A stretch of DNA of 64,000 nt, taken from NCBI GenBank assembly GCA_963822945.1, contig CAWGJO010000020.1, positions 320,001 to 384,000 of the forward strand, in the 5' to 3' direction. The DNA is from an uncultured Gemmatimonadaceae bacterium (GTDB taxonomy: Bacteria; Gemmatimonadota; Gemmatimonadetes; Gemmatimonadales; Gemmatimonadaceae). Of this stretch, positions 38,509 to 55,740 are shown one piece after another (positions within the stretch are counted from its first letter, which is position 1; the number at the start of each line of letters is the position of its first letter). The notes under the pieces were generated by a model. It did no database searches and was not told where the DNA came from. It saw only the letters and a list, made by a program, of their open reading frames with translations. The translations under genes and the position numbers were made by a program.

Positions 38509-40671
38509 TCAGGGCATCAGCGGCGGATCGTCGCCGGCCGGATCGGCGATGATGCTTGGCAGGTAGTAGTCGCGCACATATTCCTGCAGCATGCGCCGCG
38601 CCGTGAATCGCTCGCCGCTGGTGCGGATGGCGTGCTTCATCCTCCGTACCCACTCCACCGGGATGCCACGAGCGTCGCGGGTGAAGTAGAGCGGCACGAC
38701 CTGTTCCTCGAGCAGCCGGAACAACTGCTCGGCGTCGGCGGCGTCGGGGTCCCCGTTGTCCGGCGCGGCCGCCGGAATGCACCATCCATTGAGCCCGGTG
38801 TAGCCCTCGGCCCACCATCCGTCCTCGGTCCCGAGCTGCGGCACGCCGTTGAGCGCCGCCTTCATGCCGCTGGTCCCGCACGCTTCGAGCGGCACGCGCG
38901 GCAGGTTGAGCCACAGGTCCACCCCGTGCACCAGGCGGTGCGCCACGTGCAGCTCGTAGTCCTCGAGAAATGCGATGCGTCCCTCGAAGCGCGAGTCGCG
39001 CGTGGCGGCGTATACCTGCTGCAGCACCTGCTTGCCGTGCTGATCGGCCGGATGCGCCTTCCCGGAGAAGATCAACTGCACGGGGCGGCGGGGATCGGAG
39101 AGCAGGCGGTGCAGGCGGTCGGTGTCGCTGAGCAGCAGCGCCGCGCGCTTGTAGGTGGCGAAGCGTCGCGCGAAGCCGATCGTGAGGGCGTTGTCGCTGA
39201 GCAGGGTGCCGGCGCCCACCAGGTGGGCCGCGGCGGGGCGCTTCTCGCGCCACTGTCGCCGGGCCTCCTCACGGATGAATTCCAGCAGGTACACCTTCAG
39301 GCGGTTGTGCGTGCGCCAGAGCGCGCCGTCGTCCATGGCCAGCACCTGCTCCAGGAACGCAGGGTCGTCGAGGTGGTCGTCCCACTGCGGCCCGAACTGC
39401 GACTCGAAGCGGTCCACCATGTGATTGGCCATCCAGCTGGGCAGATGCACGCCGTTGGTGACGTGTCCGATCGGCACCTCCTCGATGCCGCGCCCGGGCC
39501 AGAGTTCGTGCCACATCTCGCGCGTCACGACGCCGTGCACCCGCGAGACGCCGTTGACCCGCCGCGCCAGGCGGATGGCGGCCACCGTCATGTGGAACTC
39601 ACCGGCGTTGCCCGACGGATGATGGCCCAGGGAGAGCAGGCGTTGCGGGTCCACCCCCATGTCGGCGCAGAGCGCGCCGGCGCACGCGCTCACCTCCGCC
39701 TCCGTGAATACGTCGTGACCCGCCGGCACCGGTGTGTGCGTGGTGAACACCGTGGCGTTGCGTACGCGCGTCACGGCGTCGTCCACCGGCACGCCGTCGT
39801 GGCACAACTCCCGAAGCCGCTCGACCATCATGAACGCGGCATGGCCCTCATTGGCGTGCCATGCATCGGGGGATATGCCGACCGCCCGCAGGATGCGCAC
39901 CCCGCCCACGCCGAGCAGCCACTCCTGGCGCAGCCGGTGCACGCGACCGCCGGCATACAGCGCGTGCGACAGTTCGCGATCGTCGGGTTCGTTGCCATCG
40001 AGGTCGGTGTCGAGCAGGAACAGCGGCACGCGCCCCACCTGCATCCGCCAGGCCCCCACGTTCACCGTGCGACCGGACATCTGGATGGTCGTGAGCGTGC
40101 GCCCGCCTTCGGCGTTGAGCACGCGTTCCAGCGGCGTGACCGCGGGATCGAACGGCTCGGTGGTATCCTGCTGCCACCCGTCGACTCCGACCATCTGGTC
40201 GAAGTACCCTTTGGTGTACAGGAGCCCCACGCCCACCAGCGGCACACCGAGATCCGAAGCCGCCTTGCAGTGGTCGCCGGCCAGGACGCCGAGCCCGCCG
40301 GCGTAGATCGGTACCGATGCATGGAGGCCGAACTCGGCACAGAAATAGGCGATCGTCGAGCCGGCGCGTTCGCCCGCGACGCCCGCGAACCAGGTGTCGG
40401 TGGCTTCCGCGTCGTGGCGAGCCTTCTCGCGCACGGCGTCGTACAGGCGGAGGAAGGCGGGATCGGCCGCGCACTCCTCGAGCCGTCCGGGCGGTGCCTG
40501 CTGCAGCACCGCAATCGGATTGTGACGGGTCCGATGCCAGAGCACGGGGTCGATCGCCCGGAAGAGCACGCGCGCGTTGCGGCTCCAACTCCAGGAAAGG
40601 TTCGTGGCGATCGCGGATAGACCGCCGATGCGGTCGGGAAGCGTGGGAAGCGGAATGCCGGGTGGGTTCAT
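38509..40671 (-). CDS. glgP: Alpha-glucan (glycogen) phosphorylase
   Basis: YFCAEFG...YAGGLGVLAGD; HANEGHAAF; GFARRFATYKR; GKAHPAD; PLP-Lys motif EACGTSGMK. Confidence 0.93.
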   Translation of the reverse strand: MNPPGIPLPTLPDRIGGLSAIATNLSWSWSRNARVLFRAIDPVLWHRTRHNPIAVLQQAPPGRLEECAADPAFLRLYDAVREKARHDAEATDTWFAGVAGERAGSTIAYFCAEFGLHASVPIYAGGLGVLAGDHCKAASDLGVPLVGVGLLYTKGYFDQMVGVDGWQQDTTEPFDPAVTPLERVLNAEGGRTLTTIQMSGRTVNVGAWRMQVGRVPLFLLDTDLDGNEPDDRELSHALYAGGRVHRLRQEWLLGVGGVRILRAVGISPDAWHANEGHAAFMMVERLRELCHDGVPVDDAVTRVRNATVFTTHTPVPAGHDVFTEAEVSACAGALCADMGVDPQRLLSLGHHPSGNAGEFHMTVAAIRLARRVNGVSRVHGVVTREMWHELWPGRGIEEVPIGHVTNGVHLPSWMANHMVDRFESQFGPQWDDHLDDPAFLEQVLAMDDGALWRTHNRLKVYLLEFIREEARRQWREKRPAAAHLVGAGTLLSDNALTIGFARRFATYKRAALLLSDTDRLHRLLSDPRRPVQLIFSGKAHPADQHGKQVLQQVYAATRDSRFEGRIAFLEDYELHVAHRLVHGVDLWLNLPRVPLEACGTSGMKAALNGVPQLGTEDGWWAEGYTGLNGWCIPAAAPDNGDPDAADAEQLFRLLEEQVVPLYFTRDARGIPVEWVRRMKHAIRTSGERFTARRMLQEYVRDYYLPSIIADPAGDDPPLMP

Positions 40672-40800
40672 GCGTGGTCGTTGGAGTTCACGCACCGTCG
40701 ACGGGTGCGATGTGTTCACCACAACATAAAGGGTAACGAACGTACGCGTTCAAGTGCGCAATTCTGGCGTTCGCCCGCCGAATGGGTTAACGATTGAAGC

Positions 40801-42799
40801 ATGGATAAGGCGAACCCGGCAAGACGACGGGGTCGCGTCACCCCGGCGAAGATCCCCAGACTGGTGATCGAGGAGGTCCGGCCCGCCGTCGATGGCGGCC
40901 GGTACGCGGTGAAGCGCATCGTTGGAGATTCGCTGACCGTCGACGCGACCGTATACAAGGACGGCCACGACCTCGTCGCGGCCCGCATCCGATACCGAGC
41001 CCGGGGGAGCGCCGCTGGCAGACGTCGCCCATGACGTACGAACGGGACTTCGACCGATGCCGGGGATCGTTCGGGGTGGATCGACTGGGCCGATGGACGT
41101 TCACGGTGGACGCGTGGACCGATCGCTTCGAGACGTGGCGCATGGACCTCCGCAAGAAGGCCGATGCGAAGGTGGACGTGGCGCTCGACCTGCTCACGGG
41201 CGCCCAGCTCGTGGATGAGGCGGCCGCCGCAGCGCGCGGGCGGGACGCGGCCAAGCTGCAGCACCGCGCGCAGACACTCCGCGATCCGGCCGTCGCCATC
41301 GCCGAACGTGTCGGCGCGGCTCTGAGCGCCGAACTCGATGCCCTCGTGCAGCGCCACCTGCCGCCGGCGGATCTGGCCAGCGCTCTCGCCGAGTACCCGG
41401 TGGACGTGGACCGGGAGCGCGCGGCGTTCGCGGCGTGGTACGAGATGTTCCCGCGGTCGCAGAGTCCCAAGCCGCACACGTACGGCACCTTTGCCGACAC
41501 CGAACGGCAGCTCCCACGGCTGGCCGACCTCGGCTTCGACGTCGTGTACCTGCCCCCCATCCATCCCATCGGCACGACCAACCGCAAGGGACGCAACAAC
41601 GCCCTCATCGCCGGTCCCGACGACGTCGGCAGTCCATGGGCGATCGGCGGCGAAGCCGGCGGACATACCGCGGTCGATCCCCGGCTCGGCACACTGGCGG
41701 ATTTCGAGCATCTGGTGCGCTCGGCCCGCTCGCTGGGCCTCGAGATCGCGCTGGACTACGCGCTGCAGTGCTCGCCCGACCATCCCTGGCTCCGCGATCA
41801 TCCGGACTGGTTCTTCATCCAGCCCGACGGCTCGATCAGGCACGCCGAGAATCCGCCCAAGACGTACGAAGACATCTACCCGCCCAACTTCTGGTGCGAG
41901 GACCGCCAAGCGCTCTGGGACGCGTGCCGCGACATCTTCCGGTTCTGGATCGAGCGCGGCGTGCGCATCTTCCGCGTCGACAACCCGCACACGAAGCCCT
42001 ATGCGTTCTGGGCCTGGGTGCTCGGCGAGATCCGTCGCGATCATCCGGACGTGATCTTCCTGGCCGAAGCGTTCACCCGGCCGGCGCGCATGAAGGGGCT
42101 GGCCAAGCTCGGATTCTCGCAGTCGTACACGTACTTCACGTGGCGCAACACCGCATGGGAATTGCGCGAGTACCTGAACGAACTGGCGCACACCGAGATG
42201 GTCGAGTACTTCCGCCCGAACTTCTTCGCCAACACGCCCGACATCCTGCACGAGTACCTCCAGGCGGGGGGGCGCCCGGCGTTCCGCGCGCGGCTGCTGC
42301 TGGCGGCCACGCTCTCGCCGACGTACGGCATCTACTCCGGTTTCGAGTTGTGCGAGAACGTGCCGCGCGAGGAGGGCAGCGAGGAATACCAGCACTCGGA
42401 GAAGTACGAACTCCGCCCTCGGCAGTGGGACGCCCCGGGCAACCTCGACGCCGATCTTCGCGCGATCAACCGGATCCGGCGGGAGAATCCGGCGCTCCGC
42501 CGGCTCCGCAACGTGCGCTTCCACGACAGCGAGGACGACGCGGTGCTCTTCTACCACAAGGCGGCGCCGGGCAATGACCTGCTCGTGGCGGTGAATCTCG
42601 ATCCGCACCACGTGCGGGAGACCATGGTGCACGTGCCATTGGTCGACCTCGGCCTCAGGGACGACCAGCCGTTCGAGGTGGAGGACCTGCTCACCGGGAC
42701 GCGGTACACGTGGCAGGGTTCGCGCAACTACGTGCGCCTCGACCCGGCGGAGCGCCCGGGCCACCTGCTGCGCGTGATTCACACCCCGGAGTCTGCCTG

Positions 42800-42800
<1 letters not shown>
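40801..42800 (+). CDS. glgE: Alpha-1,4-glucan:maltose-1-phosphate maltosyltransferase; apparent frameshift near 41015
   Basis: [64 protein letters not shown]. Confidence 0.92.
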
Positions 42801-48267
<5,467 letters not shown>

Positions 48268-48271
<4 letters not shown>

Positions 48272-50163
48272 CCACTTTCCCCCGCATGATCGGCGACGTC
48301 GACCTGTATCTGTTCAACGAGGGCACGCACCGCCGCCTGTGGGACGTGCTCGGGGCGCACACGCGCACGCTCGACGGCGTGCGCGGCACCGCGTTCGCGG
48401 TGTGGGCGCCCAACGCCGAGCGGGTGAGCGTGGTGGGCGACTTCTGCGAGTGGAACGGCGACCGGCACGTGATGCGGCCCATTGAATCGTCGGGCATCCA
48501 CGAGATCTTCGTGCCGGGCGTCGAACCCGGCGCCCTGTACAAGTACGAGATCCGGACGCGCGAGGGCCACCTGCTGCTCAAGACCGACCCGATGGCGCAG
48601 GCCTTCGAACTGCCGCCGGGCACGGCCTCACGGGTCTATCGAATCCACGTTCACCTGGGACGACGGCGCCTGGATGAGCGCCCGCCGGCACGCGGCGCAC
48701 GCCCGCGCTCCGATGCACACCTACGAGGTGCATCTCGGTTCGTGGCGCCGCATGCCCGAGGACGGCAACCGCTGGCTGAGCTACCGTGAACTCGCGCCCA
48801 GGCTCGTGGAGCACGCCCAGCGGTTCGGGTTCACACACCTGGAGTTGATGCCGGTGGCCGAGCACCCGTTCACGGGCTCCTGGGGCTACCAGGTGACCGG
48901 CTATTACGCGCCCACGGCGCGCTACGGCGCACCCGACGACTTTCGCTTCTTCGTGGACTACTGCCACCGCCACGGCATCGGCGTGATCGTCGACTGGGTG
49001 CCCGCCCATTTCCCAAGGACGCCTTCGCGCTGGCGCGCTTCGACGGTACGGCGCTCTACGAACACGTCGATCCACGGCTCGGCGAGCACCCGGACTGGGG
49101 AACGCTCGTCTTCAACTTCGGCCGCCACGAAGTTCGCAACTTCCTCGTCGCCAACGCCCTCTACTGGCTCGACGAATTCCACGTGGACGGCCTGCGCGTG
49201 GACGCCGTCGCGTCGATGCTCTACCTGGACTACAGCCGGCAGCCGGGCGAGTGGGTGCCCAACGTCCACGGCGGGCGCGAGAACCTCGAGGCCATCGACT
49301 TCCTGCGCGCGATGAACGATGCGGTGCGCGAGAAGTACCCCGGCTGCCTGACGATCGCCGAGGAGAGCACGGCGTGGCCCGGCGTCACCCGCAGCACCGC
49401 CGAGGGCGGATTGGGGTTCAGCTTCAAGTGGAACATGGGCTGGATGCACGACACGCTGGAGTACCTGCGCCACGACCCCGTGCACCGCCGGTTTCACCAG
49501 GACGAACTCAGCTTCGCGATGGTGTACGAGTACTCCGAGCGATTCGTGATGCCGCTGTCGCACGACGAGGTCGTGCACGGCAAGGGCTCGCTGTACAACA
49601 AGATGCCCGGCGACCCGTGGCAGAAGCTGGCCAACCTGCGACTCCTGCTGGCCTACCAGTGCACGCGTCCCGGCAAGCAGCTCGTGTTCATGGGCACCGA
49701 GCTGGCCCAGGAGCGGGAGTGGAACCACGACACCAGCCTCGACTGGCATCTGGCCGACGATCCGGATCGCGCCGCCTTCGGCCGGTTCCTGGCGCGGCTC
49801 GGGCATCTGTACGCCGATACACCGGCCCTCTGGCAGCGCGATCCCGATCCGGAAGGGTTCGCCTGGATCGACGCCGCGGATCGTGAGAATTCGGTATTCG
49901 CGTTCGTTCGCCTGAACGGCGACGATCACCGCGTGATCGTGCTCAACTGCACGCCGGTCCCGCGCCACGACTACCGCATCGGCGCGCCCGTGGCGGGACG
50001 CTATCGCGTGGAGCTCAACAGTGACGCCGGAGACTTCGGGGGAAGCGGCGCCGGTTCGTTCGAGCCGGTCGAGACCGAACCGACCCCCTGCCATGGCCGT
50101 GCGCAGTCGATGCGGCTGGTACTACCCCCGCTCGGCGTGCTGATTCTGGCCCCGGCGCCCTAG
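48268..50163 (+). CDS. glgB: 1,4-alpha-glucan branching enzyme; apparent frameshifts near 48640 and 49015
   Basis: [56 protein letters not shown], across three frames. Confidence 0.9.
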
Positions 50164-50164
50164 C

Positions 50165-52300
50165 GTGGCCGAACCCTCGGCCCTCGAAGCGCTCGCCCGC
50201 CGCATGGGCGTGCTCGACGCGTACCGCGACATTCACGGAACCGAACGCCTCACCACCGACGACACCCGCGCCGCACTGCTGCGCGCCATGGGCCTGCCGG
50301 TGGACCATGAGGCCGACGCCCGACGTGAACTGGCCCGACTCGACACCGAGCGCGCGGACCAACTGCTCGAGCCGGTGGCGGTCGTCCACGCGCACGCCTG
50401 GCAGCTGCCGCCGCTTCCCGTCGCCGAGGGAACCGAGTGGACGGCGGAACTGGCGCTCGAAGACGGCTCGCACCACACGATGCACGGCGTGACGTCGGCC
50501 TCCGCCGTACCGCCGACGAGTCCCGCACCGCTGCCGCTGGGGTATCACGATCTGCGCGTGTCAGCCAACGAGAGGGGACGCGCCCGCGAAGCCCGCCAGC
50601 TATTGATCGTCGCACCCGCGCAATGCACGACCGTCGAGCAGCGGCTCGGCGGGCGCCGCGCCGTGGGCGTCCTCGCCAACCTCTACTCCGTGCGAAGCGC
50701 CCACAACTGGGGATGCGGTGACGTGGGCGATCTCCGGCAGCTGGCCGGTTGGGTGGCGCAGGCGGGCGGGGCGTTCGTGGGCATCAACCCGCTGCACGCG
50801 CTGGAGAACCACGGAACGGCGGTGAGTCCCTACTCGCCGGTGAGCCGGCTGTTCGGCAATCCCATCTACCTCGACGTGGCCGCGCTGCCGGAAGTAGCCG
50901 AATCGCCGGAGGCAGCGGCGCTGCTCGCCGACGCCGACTTCACCGCCGCCCGCGACGCATTGCGCGCCCAGCCCCTCGTGGACTACGAAGGCGTGATGCG
51001 GCTCAAGCGCCGCGTGCTGGAACCGCTGCACCGTGCCTTCGCGCGCCTGCACCGCGATCGGGATACGCCGCGTGGGCGAGCCTACCGGCGGTACCGGGAG
51101 GCGCAGGGCGAGACCCTCGATCGCTTTGCCGTGTTCTGCGCCCTCGCCGAATACCTGTCCGGCGCGGACGGCGACGAGACGGGATTCGATTGGCACACGT
51201 GGCCGGCCCCGTTGCGCGACCCCGGCTCCCCCGCCGTGGCGGAGTTCGCGCGTGCGCACGACGCATCGGTGGACTTCCACCGCTATCTGCAGTTCGCGCT
51301 CGATGCGCAGCTCGCCTCGGCGGGCGATGGACTGGCCCTTGGCGTGTACCGCGACCTGGCCGTGGGATCGGCCCCGGACGGATGCGATACGTGGGCCTGG
51401 CCGTCGCTGTTCGCGCAGGGCGCCACCGTCGGCGCGCCTCCCGACGATTTCGCCGCCGGCGGGCAGAACTGGGGGCTGCCGCCCATCGCGCCGCGCGCAC
51501 TGCGCGAGGACCGATACCACTACTGGATCCGACTCCTGCGCGCCGCATTCGCGCACGGAGGCGCCCTGCGCATCGACCATGTGATGGGACTGTTCCGTCA
51601 GTACTGGGTGCCCGCCGGCATGTCGGCGCAGCAGGGCGCCTACGTCCGGTATCCCGCCGAGGAGTTGCTGCACATCACCGCGCTGGAGAGCCATCGCCAC
51701 AACGCGGTGGTGGTCGGAGAGAATCTGGGCACCGTGCCGCCGGAAGTGGGGCCGGCCCTCGACGAACACGGCATCCTGTCGTCGGCGGTCGTGTACTTCG
51801 AGCGCGACGCGAGCGGCGGATTCCTGCCCGCGGCAGGGTATCCGGCGCATTCGCTGGTGAGCGTCGGCACGCACGATCACGTGCCGCTGGCTGGATTCCT
51901 CAGCGGGCGCGACCTCGAGATCCATCGGAGCCTGGGGTTCCTGGCCGGCGACGAGACGCATGCACGCGCCGTCGCGGAGCGCGACCATGCGCGCCAGGCC
52001 CTCCTGGAGCGACTCGAAGCCGAGGGTGTGGCGCCAGCCGGGCATGCCGGGAATGCCGACGTCGTGACCGCCGCCCACGCGTTTCTGGGACGCACGCCGG
52101 CGACGATGGTGGGCGTGGCGCTGGACGATCTGGGACTGGAGACGGATCCCGTGAACGTGCCCGGCACCAACAACGCGCACTATCCGAATTGGCGGCGCAA
52201 GATGCGGCGATCGCTCGACGAGATCGAGACGCCCGAAGCCGCCGACTCGTTGCGCGCCGCGCGCGGAACGCCCGCGCCTAGAACGCCACCATCTGCGTGA
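50165..52300 (+). CDS. malQ: 4-alpha-glucanotransferase (amylomaltase, GH77)
   Basis: SPYSPVSR; DLAVG; GAPPD...GQNWG; LRIDHVMG; VGENLG; THD; NVPGT...NWRRK. Confidence 0.93.
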   Translation: MAEPSALEALARRMGVLDAYRDIHGTERLTTDDTRAALLRAMGLPVDHEADARRELARLDTERADQLLEPVAVVHAHAWQLPPLPVAEGTEWTAELALEDGSHHTMHGVTSASAVPPTSPAPLPLGYHDLRVSANERGRAREARQLLIVAPAQCTTVEQRLGGRRAVGVLANLYSVRSAHNWGCGDVGDLRQLAGWVAQAGGAFVGINPLHALENHGTAVSPYSPVSRLFGNPIYLDVAALPEVAESPEAAALLADADFTAARDALRAQPLVDYEGVMRLKRRVLEPLHRAFARLHRDRDTPRGRAYRRYREAQGETLDRFAVFCALAEYLSGADGDETGFDWHTWPAPLRDPGSPAVAEFARAHDASVDFHRYLQFALDAQLASAGDGLALGVYRDLAVGSAPDGCDTWAWPSLFAQGATVGAPPDDFAAGGQNWGLPPIAPRALREDRYHYWIRLLRAAFAHGGALRIDHVMGLFRQYWVPAGMSAQQGAYVRYPAEELLHITALESHRHNAVVVGENLGTVPPEVGPALDEHGILSSAVVYFERDASGGFLPAAGYPAHSLVSVGTHDHVPLAGFLSGRDLEIHRSLGFLAGDETHARAVAERDHARQALLERLEAEGVAPAGHAGNADVVTAAHAFLGRTPATMVGVALDDLGLETDPVNVPGTNNAHYPNWRRKMRRSLDEIETPEAADSLRAARGTPAPRTPPSA

Positions 52301-54542
52301 CCTTCACGATCAGGCTCTCGCCGGGCAGGCCGGAACTGAGCGCGGGATCGATGGTGGCGAAGGGACCGGGCGCGCGGCCATCGGGCGTGAGGAAGCGCTG
52401 CTCGTTGAACACGATGAACAGGTCGCTCAACGGGTGGTGGATCACGTTGAAGCGGACGTTGGCGTTCAGGCGGTGCGAGCCCGCGTCGTACTGCGAGAGC
52501 GCGTCGAGAAATTGCGTGGTCGAAAACGAATAGTTCCCGCGGAACGTCACCAGGTCGGCCACGAAGTGAGTGGGGCCGGCCACCTGTAGATGCGCGTCGG
52601 TACGCTGGCCGCCGAGCTCTAGCTTGAGATGGTACGACGGACGCAGCGTCACGGTACCGCTCACCGTGCGTTGGCGCCCGTTCCAGAGCCCGCCGGCGAT
52701 GCCGCTGAAACTGAGCGAGAGCGCCCGGCTCGGGTCGGTCTGGCCCTTCAACTGCCATTCGGTCCACGCATAGCCGCCCGCCGGAAGCGAATCGATGGTC
52801 GGATTGATGGTGAACCCCGAGGTGAGCCGTTCGAACCGTGGATTCACCGACAGTTCGACGTACCCGCCGTCGTTGAGGAAGAAGGTGTAGCCGGAGTGCA
52901 GGTTCTTGGCGAGGATGTGTCCCTGCAGGTCCTCGTAGTAGCTCCACGTGACGTGTGGGTGCATTTCCCGCACGCCGTGCGCGGCCAGCCACCGCGTCCG
53001 CGGCCGGAGGCCGGTTTCCAGGATCCATTTGCGGTCGTTGGTGCGGCGATAGTAGCCGAGATCGTCGCGGAACCCGTCGCCGATCTGCATCAGGCCCGCC
53101 TTGAGATGCGCCTGATCGCCGTCGTAGTTGACCGTCGACCGCGCCGCATACTGCCCGCCGTGGACGCCCGGCGTCGCGGTGCCGACCAGGTACGAGTTCC
53201 AGTCCACGGCGCCCAGGAACCGGAAGTTCGCATCGCCGCCGAATACTCGGTTCCAGCTGTGCGTGGAGTCCTGCGACTGCCGGTTCATGAGAATGACGCC
53301 GACGTCCGATCCCTCGTAGAGATCGCGCCGGAGCCGCAGCACCCCGTACGACGTGGCGGGGGTGGTCGCGGTGGCCGACGTGGTCATGGCGAGCGCGCCG
53401 ACGTCCAGTCCGGCCGCCGACCCGGTGAGGCGCAACCCGCCCGGCACGCTGATCGTGCGGCCGTCGGGGGTGAGGCCGATGCGCCGGCTGAAGAAGAGCA
53501 CGAGGTCCTCGTCCGACGTGACCGGCGTGGACACCCGGTTGTTGCGGGCCGCGTCACCGACGTAGAAGGTGCCGGAATTCTCGAGGAAGAACTCGCGCTT
53601 CTCGGGAAAGAACTGGCTGAACTGGGTGAGGTTCACCTGCTGCTCGTCGGCCTCGGCCTGGGCGAAATCGGGATTCACCGTTCCGTCCAGCGTCAGATGC
53701 GACGTGATGCCGTACTTGAGGTCCACCCCCACGTCGCCCGTGCGGTCGAACGTCCGGCCGCCCGTCTCGCGCACCGTGCGCGCGGCGACGTACGGCTTCA
53801 CGCGCAGGTCGCGCGTGGCGTGCGCCGTGGACAGGCCGTCGAGTTCGCCGGCCAGCGACACGCGCGTGAGCCCGTACGATCGGGGCACCGGCGCCCAGAA
53901 GTCGATCTCGTTCTTGCGCCGGATGCGGCGGCTGAAGTTGATGCCCCACCGCTGCGGCCCCGTGGTAGCGAAGCGGATGGCCGTGAAGGGTATCGCGATC
54001 TCGGCGGTCCACCCGTCGGCCACGCGGCGCGTCTTCACACGCCAGACCGCATCCCAACTGGTGTTGACCTCGCGCCCCTCGTTGGCCACCTGGCGGTCGG
54101 CCTTGGCGCCGGCCACGTTCGTGATGAAGATGTAACCGTTGCGCTGGTCGTCGAAGGTGTCGAGCAGCACTTCGAAGTCGTCCTGGCCCGTCTCGTCGAA
54201 GTCCTTGCGGATGTCGTTCACGATCAGCCCCGAGGGATCGCGATCGTGCATGTACGCGGCGATGTAGATGTTGTCGGCGTCGTAGGCAACGCGGACTTCC
54301 GTGCGTTCGGTGGCCGGCTGTCCCTCGTGCGGCTCCGACTGCACAAACCCGGACGCCACGCGCGCCCGGCTCCAGACGGCGTCGTCCAGACGACCGTCGA
54401 TCACCGGCGCCTGGGCCGCGCTCACGGCCACCACGGCGCGTGGGGCGGGATCGGCGGGGACCGCAGTGTCGCGCACGGTGGCCGGGCGCGGAACGGTGGA
54501 CAACATGACGGTGAACGTCGCGGCGGCGGCGATGGCGAGCAT
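52278..54542 (-). CDS. CBM9-like + DUF5916 outer-membrane protein
   Basis: PVIDGRLDDAVW, TEVRVAYD, GWTAEIAIPF, TVNPDFAQAEAD, EKREFFLE, FFSRRIG; C-terminal Phe. Confidence 0.85.
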   Translation of the reverse strand: MLAIAAAATFTVMLSTVPRPATVRDTAVPADPAPRAVVAVSAAQAPVIDGRLDDAVWSRARVASGFVQSEPHEGQPATERTEVRVAYDADNIYIAAYMHDRDPSGLIVNDIRKDFDETGQDDFEVLLDTFDDQRNGYIFITNVAGAKADRQVANEGREVNTSWDAVWRVKTRRVADGWTAEIAIPFTAIRFATTGPQRWGINFSRRIRRKNEIDFWAPVPRSYGLTRVSLAGELDGLSTAHATRDLRVKPYVAARTVRETGGRTFDRTGDVGVDLKYGITSHLTLDGTVNPDFAQAEADEQQVNLTQFSQFFPEKREFFLENSGTFYVGDAARNNRVSTPVTSDEDLVLFFSRRIGLTPDGRTISVPGGLRLTGSAAGLDVGALAMTTSATATTPATSYGVLRLRRDLYEGSDVGVILMNRQSQDSTHSWNRVFGGDANFRFLGAVDWNSYLVGTATPGVHGGQYAARSTVNYDGDQAHLKAGLMQIGDGFRDDLGYYRRTNDRKWILETGLRPRTRWLAAHGVREMHPHVTWSYYEDLQGHILAKNLHSGYTFFLNDGGYVELSVNPRFERLTSGFTINPTIDSLPAGGYAWTEWQLKGQTDPSRALSLSFSGIAGGLWNGRQRTVSGTVTLRPSYHLKLELGGQRTDAHLQVAGPTHFVADLVTFRGNYSFSTTQFLDALSQYDAGSHRLNANVRFNVIHHPLSDLFIVFNEQRFLTPDGRAPGPFATIDPALSSGLPGESLIVKVTQMVAF

Positions 54543-54694
54543 GGGGCAGTGGCGAATGGGAGAACCGGCGAGGCAGGCGCACGGGACAGGGAGGCCGCGG
54601 CGTGGCCGGTGAGCCAAATTAACAAGGGGTCCCGGGCAATCGCGAGTCGCCCGCCGAAGCCAGCATCCCCGATGCTCCCCGCGTACTACGTGAC

Positions 54695-55216
54695 ATGACT
54701 CCCCGTCCGCGATCCCGCCGGCGCGCGCGCCCCACCCTGGGCCAGTGGGCGATGCTCGCCATTCTGGTGTTCCTGGTGGTCGTGGTGAAGTTGCAGGACA
54801 CGACGCACGCGGTGATCGTGGCCCGGCACACCACGGCGCTCTGGGTGTCGGTGCTCGGCGCACTGGCGGGCGTGATCATACTGCGGTCGGGCTGGGCCGC
54901 CAGCACGCTGCGCTCCGAGAAGCAGCTCGAGTTCGGCACCCTGCAGAACAACTATTACCAGCCGCGCCGAGAGCTGCTGGTGCAGGGGGGCGCGGTGGTG
55001 GGCGGTCTGGCCGGCGCGCTCTGGTGGGGCGTGCAGTCGTGGGTCCTGTTGTTCGCGGGCATGCGACGGCAGCAGGCCACGCGCGGGCTGTGGGACTTCG
55101 AAGTGTCGGTGCTGGTGGGGGCGCTTGCGTGGGGCGTGGTGGGCGCCACATTGGGCCACGTCACCGGCCACCTGTGGGAACAGTGGCATCGAAAGCGGCG
55201 GAGGAAGAGACGATGA
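54695..55216 (+). CDS. Hypothetical membrane protein (about 4 hydrophobic segments)
   Basis: Alternating hydrophobic helices; stop overlaps the DinB start (ATGA). Confidence 0.7.
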   Translation: MTPRPRSRRRARPTLGQWAMLAILVFLVVVVKLQDTTHAVIVARHTTALWVSVLGALAGVIILRSGWAASTLRSEKQLEFGTLQNNYYQPRRELLVQGGAVVGGLAGALWWGVQSWVLLFAGMRRQQATRGLWDFEVSVLVGALAWGVVGATLGHVTGHLWEQWHRKRRRKRR

Positions 55217-55686
55217 CTGACCGTAAACTGCGCGAATTTCTGGCCGGCATGCTCGACTGGCAGCAGGCGCACGCCAGCTTCGACAGCGCGATTGCCGGTT
55301 TGCCGGCCGCGCTCCGCGGCAAACGCCCCGCCGGCGCGCCGCATTCGGTGTGGGAACTGGTGGAGCACATCCGCCTGGCGCAACGCGACATCCTGGACTT
55401 CTGCGTCAATCCGGAGTACGAAGAGCAGAATTGGCCCGCGGACTACTGGCCGGAAACGCCGGCCCCGTCCTCGGCCAGGGCGTGGAACGCGAGCATCTCC
55501 GGGTACCACGCGGACCTCGCGGAGCTGCAGCGCCTGGTGCGCGACCCCGAGTTCGACCTGTGGGCCACGGTGCCGTGGGGAAACGGGCAGACGCACATCC
55601 GGGAAATCGTGCTCGTGTTCGACCACGCGGCGTACCACGTGGGGCAGATCGTGCTCGTGAGGCGTCTGCTCGAGGCCTGGAAATAG
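55213..55686 (+). CDS. DinB family protein
   Basis: HSVWELVEHIR...DHAAYHVGQI His triad. Confidence 0.88.
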   Translation: MTDRKLREFLAGMLDWQQAHASFDSAIAGLPAALRGKRPAGAPHSVWELVEHIRLAQRDILDFCVNPEYEEQNWPADYWPETPAPSSARAWNASISGYHADLAELQRLVRDPEFDLWATVPWGNGQTHIREIVLVFDHAAYHVGQIVLVRRLLEAWK

Positions 55687-55740
55687 CCTTCCGGCGGGCC
55701 GCGGCTGGTGAGCCGTGCGTCCCATCGTCATCTTCCGCGC